Of a stretch of 64,000 bases of DNA, positions 57,057-64,000 are shown piece by piece. Each line of letters begins with the position of its first letter. Within the stretch, counting starts at the first letter, position 1. The DNA is taken from NCBI GenBank assembly GCA_013115125.1, contig JABANN010000022.1, forward strand, positions 1-64,000. Direction: 5' to 3'. A model generated the notes under the pieces. The model was not told the origin of the DNA and made no database searches. It worked only from the letters and a program-made list of their open reading frames with translations. Both the position numbers and the translations under genes were made by a program. Source of the stretch: Perkinsus olseni (Eukaryota).

Positions 57057-60000
57057 TTAGTTCTGAACGGCAGCGTCGTGACGCTTGGCATCCTGAATGC
57101 GATTGCGTTCAGTGTTGCCGTGCCACTCCTTTCGCGAATCGTGATGGAGAATTACCTCATCATGCAGCCTGGTAAGCACATCCAAGGCATCCTCATGAGG
57201 ATTGTCGTCTTTGCAGATATCCTTCACACGCTGATCATCATTTCTGGCCAAGTGCTGAGGTAAAGTCCCGACTATCCCTGACACACAATAACCGCATTAA
57301 CATAGTAGCGACCTAGAAGAAACGGGAGCGCACCCTACAGGACATAATAACCTAAGCGTCTCCCTAGGAGACGCTCTTGCGTACCACAACAACAACTAAT
57401 TATCAAACTAGTGGGTACTCCAAGCATCTACGACCTCGTAAATTATCGTGACGATGATTCACAAGAGCCAATCTTCTCTTAATGTATAAAGCCTTGATAA
57501 TTAAGGTTGAACCACTTCACCTCGATCTTCCTTCGTTGGGAACACTATCATCAGTATTGCCTCTCCTCTCCCCCCCCTCCCAACTCACGTTGGAAGTTAA
57601 GGACCTGTTGATCCAAGGCAGCATCGGAGTCTCTAAACATCTGGTCGAAGATAAGGTGGACCATCTCTATTCTGTCACCATCAGTACCGCTACCAGCAGC
57701 TGAGCGAGAGAAACGTTCAATGCCCTACGAGGGCTTTCGGTGATCAGAGCGCATCAACACCAGGCAAGAGTACGCACCCATTCCACCACTATAAAGGATG
57801 CAAGGGAACTCCGAGGCTGCACAAGCGGCATAGAAAACTCCTCTCCTGACTTCTCGATAAAGAAGGTATCCCTCACAGGCCCTCGTACTCGGCCGCTTCT
57901 CCATCGGTACAACATACACACTTTCTACCCTCCACTAAATACAGCCTAGCAGATCACCATTCTCATGACCAGCAGAGCAGAGCCTCGTGACAGAGGGCAT
58001 GTCACACAACTTGACACTCTACCATGTGCGGAGCTCGGACGACGCGCTGCTAGCAAATCAAAGTGAACCCTGAGCTCACATCTATTCCTGCAGCCACTGC
58101 CTGATGCATCTAGTGGATTAACATGATTGCCGACATGACTCTCAGGAGCCACTCTCCATCGTGTGACCTTATTGCGGAAGAAGTGACGAGTTGCCTCGTT
58201 ATCCAGCGACGTTCTGAGCGGAGCGAAACAGGCAATCTCCGACGGCCACGCTCGAGGGCATAGGCCCTTACTTCTCAACAGTACCAACTAAATGGACGTT
58301 AACGATGCGGCTTGAAAGCAGGGAGCTGTTGGCTTTCACCACGTTGCACAAACCAGGGCGATCGGTGCACACGACGAAGATGGCTCTGAGAAGATTACAC
58401 TGCTACTTGAGAATGGAGGGCTTCTCACCTCGCCGGGCAGCAGGGTTCCACTACTTCCTTCCATACAGCTTCGAAATCGCCGGGGTCACATACCAGGACA
58501 CCGAGGCCCAGTTGAAGACAGACCGACACAATCCTGATGATGATGATGCAAGCATTCGACCGAACCCTCGATTACAATAAGCGCAGCGCAACAGAGATTC
58601 GCTGCGTCCCCTCAGACGGAAGGCAACGGACTCACACTAAGGCGCTGAAACTAACAACTGCGTGATATCAACGTATTCATAATGAAGCGATGACCACGAC
58701 GACAACACAATGTTCGAAATATTTCCTCAGCGGATGCGTCGACACGATAGCGCTCGCGCGTCATTAGTACTACTCACTTCCTACACTTGGGTGATGGGTA
58801 GGTATGGGGGGCAGGCACAATGGGCTGCGATTCTGAATACTTCCATCGACCCCCTCTCTACCCACCCGTCCGCGCTTACATTCGGCTGAGTATAGGATCG
58901 TCCACCGAAACAAACATCATATCGCCACGGTATTTGTTGATGTCGGGAGTCGACCAACAGCGCGCCCTGGAATGAGGAGCAGCGCTCTCCACGAGGTTGT
59001 ATGGCGCTGTGCTCAAACAGGCTGTGAGTTCTGAATATGATAAACTCAGCGGAGCGAAGCGATCCTCGACTGCCACTTTTACCATCTCCCTGTGGCATTC
59101 GGCACGGCCTCGAACTGAGCTGCTTGTGCTTGGCGCCCCCTCCTCCAACGACCGATGCTGCAGTCCCTGATGCTGATGAGGGCAGCGGAGCACGACGACC
59201 TCGGCAGAATTCGAAGCAGCCGGCGATGGAACAGAAACCCATAATAAGATGCGGAAGTCCGAAACTGCTTCATCATCAATGGTGGACCATACTCGACCCT
59301 AGTAATCCTTCTTATCCCGTACGGGTTCCTATTGACCCAGCAAATATGGAAATGATCCATCTCACGCGAACAGGTCAGATTCAGTCGCACCGAACGAGGG
59401 CCGACAGAAGTAGCGCAGTGCAATGCTTCAACCACAGTATTGACGAGGAGCATTGTAGTAGTTCTCTCCTTATTGCCATGAGCAATGGACAACATATCGC
59501 CAGAACCCCCAGAGCCCCAGAGCCTAATGATGGAGCAACCCATAACACAATATCTCCAACAGAAGCACGCATGAGACGGGGATGGGTGTGCTTGCAATGC
59601 CGTGTTGTTGCTGTTTGACAATAGTAATACCACATCATCATCGCATCAGGCATATCAATGACCCCTCCTCCCCTGCTCCTGTGGCTGCTGTTGCTGCGAT
59701 CGCGTCTGCTGTTGGTGGTGGCGGTGGCGGGTGGATAGCAGGTTGTATGTAATATAACTGCTAAATAATCTTACTGGGCTCTATAGTCGTACGAGGACTA
59801 CGACTTCCACATGTCGTCCTCACTGAGAAATACCAAGATTGAGCAAGATAGCAAGTGACAACCCACGTACCTCGTCTACTGCGAAGTACTACTGAACTTC
59901 ATTAATGGTCATCATCATGATGATGACTGCTGCTGCTGCCGTTGCTGCCCTCCTCCCCTGAGTCTGCTTCAGTGGCATCATCCATCACTGTATCCTCCTC

Positions 60001-61927
60001 CCCCTCCGATTCATCTCCTTCTGTCATGATCTCCATATCCTCCTCTTCACTCTCCCTAGCCTCAACACCAGCACCGCCTTCATCTCCATCTCCTTCGTCA
60101 TCCACATTAGCGCTCGCCATTTCGATCGATATCTCCGGAGGTCGAACTTTCCGCTTGGGTGAGGGCTGCCGCTGTGATAACAGCCTCTCGGCCTCTTCGC
60201 GGTCTTCCTCAAGCTACAATAGAAAAATGGAAAAATTCCAGTGAGCGAAATTTGCGGATTGGGAGAAACACAGTCAGGCGGGATAGAACCAGAGACCTGG
60301 AGATGCACCACTGGACGGTACACCGCTATACTAATAGCCGTTCCCTGACAGCCCACAATATTATCACTCGAAAGTAGTGTTATAGTCGAAAGCCCCAGCG
60401 CATACTGGATTTATAAGATCTGCCCTCCTTCGCCCCGATCTCCTACCTTATTATCCCGATCCTCCGTCGGCTGCCATCGCTTGGCCAGGCGTCCCAGTCT
60501 TGCCCTGGCACGATTGAGATGAGGGTTCGCTGTAACGTGGTGGGTGGGCTTAGGAGCAGCAGCAGCAGTAGCCACCTCCGGCTCTTGTAGGGGTGTCGAG
60601 GATGAGGATGACGCCGTCTCCTGGGACTCCCTGACACGCAACACGTGCAAGCCAACCCGCTAGCGGCATCCTCCGCAGTGAGCGCCCATCGATCCCCCTT
60701 TGATGTCCCTCAGGAGACCGGACACTTTCCTCTACTAGGACCGAAAGTGGAAGGAGATCAAGTATGGCGCAGACAGAATGCGAGAATACCCACAGTGGAG
60801 CAGCCATTCTCAATACGGTCACTGAAACCCTCCATCAACAGCGTGAGAGAGCCATCCCTAGCCGAGGGATCCTAGGGTCCGCGGGCCCAGCTCCTTACTC
60901 AGATTCAGTGGTGGGTGGCTGTGCAGCAGTCGGGCCTTCACCTGTTGCCGCTGCTGCGGCCTCCATGGCAGCCGCCACCATCTCCCGTATCCTCCTCTGC
61001 AACGCTGTGACTTCCTTATCAATTTGAACCCGCTGCTCTGACAGTGCCGACCGCCGCTTCAATAACCTACCATGTAAGAGGACCGTAAAGCAGGATGATA
61101 ACCACACAGATGTGATATCCGCCTGTTAGTGATCAATATGGCATGAACAGCATCATGAGTAGCTAACTAACAACCCATCGCATAGCGTACCTCTGAATTT
61201 TGCCATCAGAGTCCTCCAGTTTACTCTGCGTCTCTAGGGACAATCTGGTGAGATCGCCGTATCTTTCGAGCATCCTGGCATGTTGCATTCTAGCTCCCGA
61301 TGTTCGCTTTGAGTGCAGCGACGACTTAGCCACCGTTGACGACTGGGCGACAGCTGCCGTAGTTGAATTTGAGTTGCTCCCCTAAAAGTCGATACTAAAG
61401 TCCACAGGCACTCGAAATTCGAACTGGTCTCCCGATAGACTGCCTCTCCTAGCGCCGCCAAGATCCACTTCCCCGCCTCAGAGCGCTCCCGGAACTCAGG
61501 ACAGGGTCTATCGATCACCCCCAAAACCGGCGGAGAACGGACACTCACCGATGGCTGTTGTTGCTTCGCCGCCGCTGCTGCTGCTGCTGCTGCCGCCCGC
61601 GTCCGCAATGCCAACTGTTTCGCTCTACTAGCACTCTTAGTCTGACCGACACATCAACATATCCCATCATGGCAGACTCTTGGGTCCACCCACCTTGATA
61701 CGCTTCGAAGCCCGAAGGAGCTCCTTGCGTTCATACTTGAGAAGATCAGGCCCCAACGCCGACTGCTCCCGGTCCCTCTCCGACACTATCACTGGATCCC
61801 CGAGATTGACCCGACACACGCTGGTGTATCGGGTGAGTCCGCTGCCATCAGCAGTAGCGAGACCAGAGAGGCCCGTGATGTCGTTGACGCCGCCTTGGAA
61901 GGGGGAGGGCGACACATCTACATTCAT
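57057..61927 (-). CDS. Large hypothetical multi-exon protein (possibly two genes) with coiled-coil, poly-Ala and acidic low-complexity segments
   Basis: Chain of minus-strand exon-like ORFs with GT-AG borders (61667-61927, 61234-61614, 60895-61107, 59902-60120, 58876-59193, 57057-57284). No domain recognised. Confidence 0.45.
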
Positions 61928-62056
61928 CGCAGTCGGTGGGAGATGGTACTAACTACGCATAGACAGAAGTCGGTGATGCCGCTCCACGATCCACTCTGTC
62001 CCGATCGACACAACAGAAGAGGACAGAAACATCGCTGCTGCTGTGATACGGTAGAG

Positions 62057-64000
62057 TCAGTTGTTGAATAACGTGTGGAGTAAGTCCATGAACCTCATGA
62101 CCAATGGTGGAGGCTGCACCCACCTCTCCGATCGCTGCCGTAGGAGGCCGAAGAACTCCTTCTCATCCAACACGCCATTACCGTCCTTGTCAAGCACTCT
62201 GACACACGGCAGTTCGTCCAAACTCTCGAATTAGAACTCCCCTAGAGGGACCACACGGAAAAAGGCTTTTGAGCGATACGGAGGGGCTCAGACAAGATCG
62301 CGTGTTCTCACTAGACGACGACTGATCACTCGAAGCACTAGAAAAGAGGATGAAGAAAGCAATGCCAGACAGTAATAAAATATGAAGTTGGCAATGGAGA
62401 CGTCGGCAGCAGCAGAGGTGAGTACTCACTTGAAAAGAACATCTACAACAGCACTAATATCAGCCTCCGAGATCTGGTCCTGGTCTCCTTTCCGCCGACG
62501 CAACAGCAGAGTGAGGAACTCCTGATGGTACAGGACGCTCTCCCTCGCATAAAAGGCCCTTCACACCTCTCGAGAGATCCTCGCATCCCCTTGCTCCTGT
62601 CTCCCCTCACCCGACTGGCTGGCGTCTTGCGAGACACTGTCAAGGCAGCGATCGAACTCCTTAACCGCCCCGAAGAGTATTCGACTAAAAGGGACAGACC
62701 ACGCAACTCACAACAGCCCTCTCCTAAGGAGGCAACGGACCTCATCCCCTCCCATTGAAGTCCCCTGACACGCTTAGCCAGCGCTTCCATCCGACCTGAG
62801 GGGGGCTGCTGCTGCTACCTCGGAGCAGTCCTTGGCACCCCACCTGGATGGACTAAGCCGACGAGCAGGCCGGCGAACTCTCGGGCCGAGATACAAGCAG
62901 TGGGGCCCTGCCCCTGCACATCACCGTGAGAGGCAAATTCGTAGTACCTGCGATATTGACTACCAGCAGAGCCCTTTGTCTGAGCCATATCGAGAAATTA
63001 TAGCGAGTTCAGCTGATAAGTTTCGAGCCCGAGATAGCCAACCAGAAGGCAGTTCGGTTCTGCAGACGATAGTGGTGGTGCTAAGCTTGCATTGGTAAAC
63101 AGAATTGGTATGCAGTCAAAGGCTTTTAGCGTCTCGAGCTGGTCAGCCTATCTATATACTTTTTACCTCGACCGTTCAGATTCTAGCGACATCTCTGCGT
63201 TGGAGTCGCCTAGAGCGAGTGAGACAAACGACAAACCATGTATGAATGACGGCCCCGGTGAGATCGCATTGCCCCACAGGAAGGCCCCTGACTAGATTCC
63301 TTACAGCACTTCCTCCTCAACTTCTCTGAGTAAGGTCAGCAGCGTCTCGATACTGAGCCTTCCCTCCGTCGTAGGGAACAACCTCGCCACTAAAGCGGAC
63401 CCCTCAATGATCGAACCCAATGGCCTGTTGTCCGACACTTTGCGCGGGTCTGGGAGGACCTGCCGCCGGCAGCTGGCAGGCTCTACGCAAGCTGCTGCTG
63501 CTGATACCCCGGCAGAGGCCCACTTGCCCCCTCTAGGAGATCCCTTCACCAACAGCGTCATGAGCTCTATAAAGCCTCTGCGAGACAGTTCTCCTACAGC
63601 CACAATCATGGAACATGCTTCCAAGCGGTTACGGAAGCTACCTTCCTTTGAACCCTCATCCACACTCAGGCGACGGAACACCTGCTCTATCGTACTCAAC
63701 TTGGTCGTAACGATTGCACTCAGTATTAAAAACTCATCGAACTGATGACAGCAGAGGTGACTAGGACCAATGAGACCAGTGAGAAGCCGAGCGTGCGGGT
63801 CATGCCAACTCTAGCTTGGCTTAGAGCAAGAACCCTCGTCAATAAATTCATCCAGAATGCCAATCCCCTCATACCACATTCTCAACAATTCGTACTTCGC
63901 CAAAGTTCACGCTACACTCTTCGATAAAAGCGTGAAGTCCAGTTAGGAATCCTATCCATTCGACCACCCGCCCCCAAGCCATTACCTGCAGGAACCCATC
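62057..64000 (-). CDS. Mitochondrial calcium uptake (MICU-family) EF-hand protein, 5'-truncated by the window edge
   Basis: Spliced product: DGFLQ|FDEFLILSAIVTTKLSTIEQVFRRL...SALVARLFPTTEGRLSIETLLTLLREVEEEVL|YYEF...ISAREFAGLL...ISRE|EFL...AVVDVLFK|VLDKDGNGVLDEKEFFGLLRQR...*. Collinear with MICU1 as I recall it. Last exon 62198-62057. Confidence 0.82.

Noticed and set aside
61567-61597. (GCC)n(GCT)n trinucleotide run
   Set aside because: Ordinary poly-Ala tract in a low-complexity exon.

Overview
Gene-dense eukaryotic nuclear DNA with many short GT-AG introns. Gene style and content suggest an alveolate protist, most likely Perkinsus; this is inference, not a database result. The ORF track misses or mis-starts most genes because of splicing. 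From left to right: poorly interpretable, partly degenerate hypothetical sequence with two perfect palindromes (0.1-7.3 kb); a calmodulin-like EF-hand gene; a minus-strand block of three intronless AAAP amino-acid transporters (plus a relic of a fourth) followed by three tandem V-ATPase subunit a paralogues sharing one intron position; a divergently oriented OSCA/TMEM63 (CSC1) channel; an MKS1-like B9-domain gene; an EDR2-C/DUF1336 gene; an LRR gene; MED7; a gene whose C-terminus resembles Moonraker/KIAA0753; an intronless APH/EcKL-like kinase; a secreted Cys-rich, repeat-rich protein spanning an assembly gap; PRP16/DHX38; syntaxin 5; a large hypothetical gene; and a MICU-like EF-hand protein running off the right edge. 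No rRNA, intact tRNA, CRISPR array or recognisable transposase was found. The most notable observations are the AAAP x3 / V-ATPase-a x3 / OSCA neighbourhood, the MICU-like gene with an apparently dead first EF-hand, and the Moonraker-like C-terminus. All family assignments are by-eye motif recognition.
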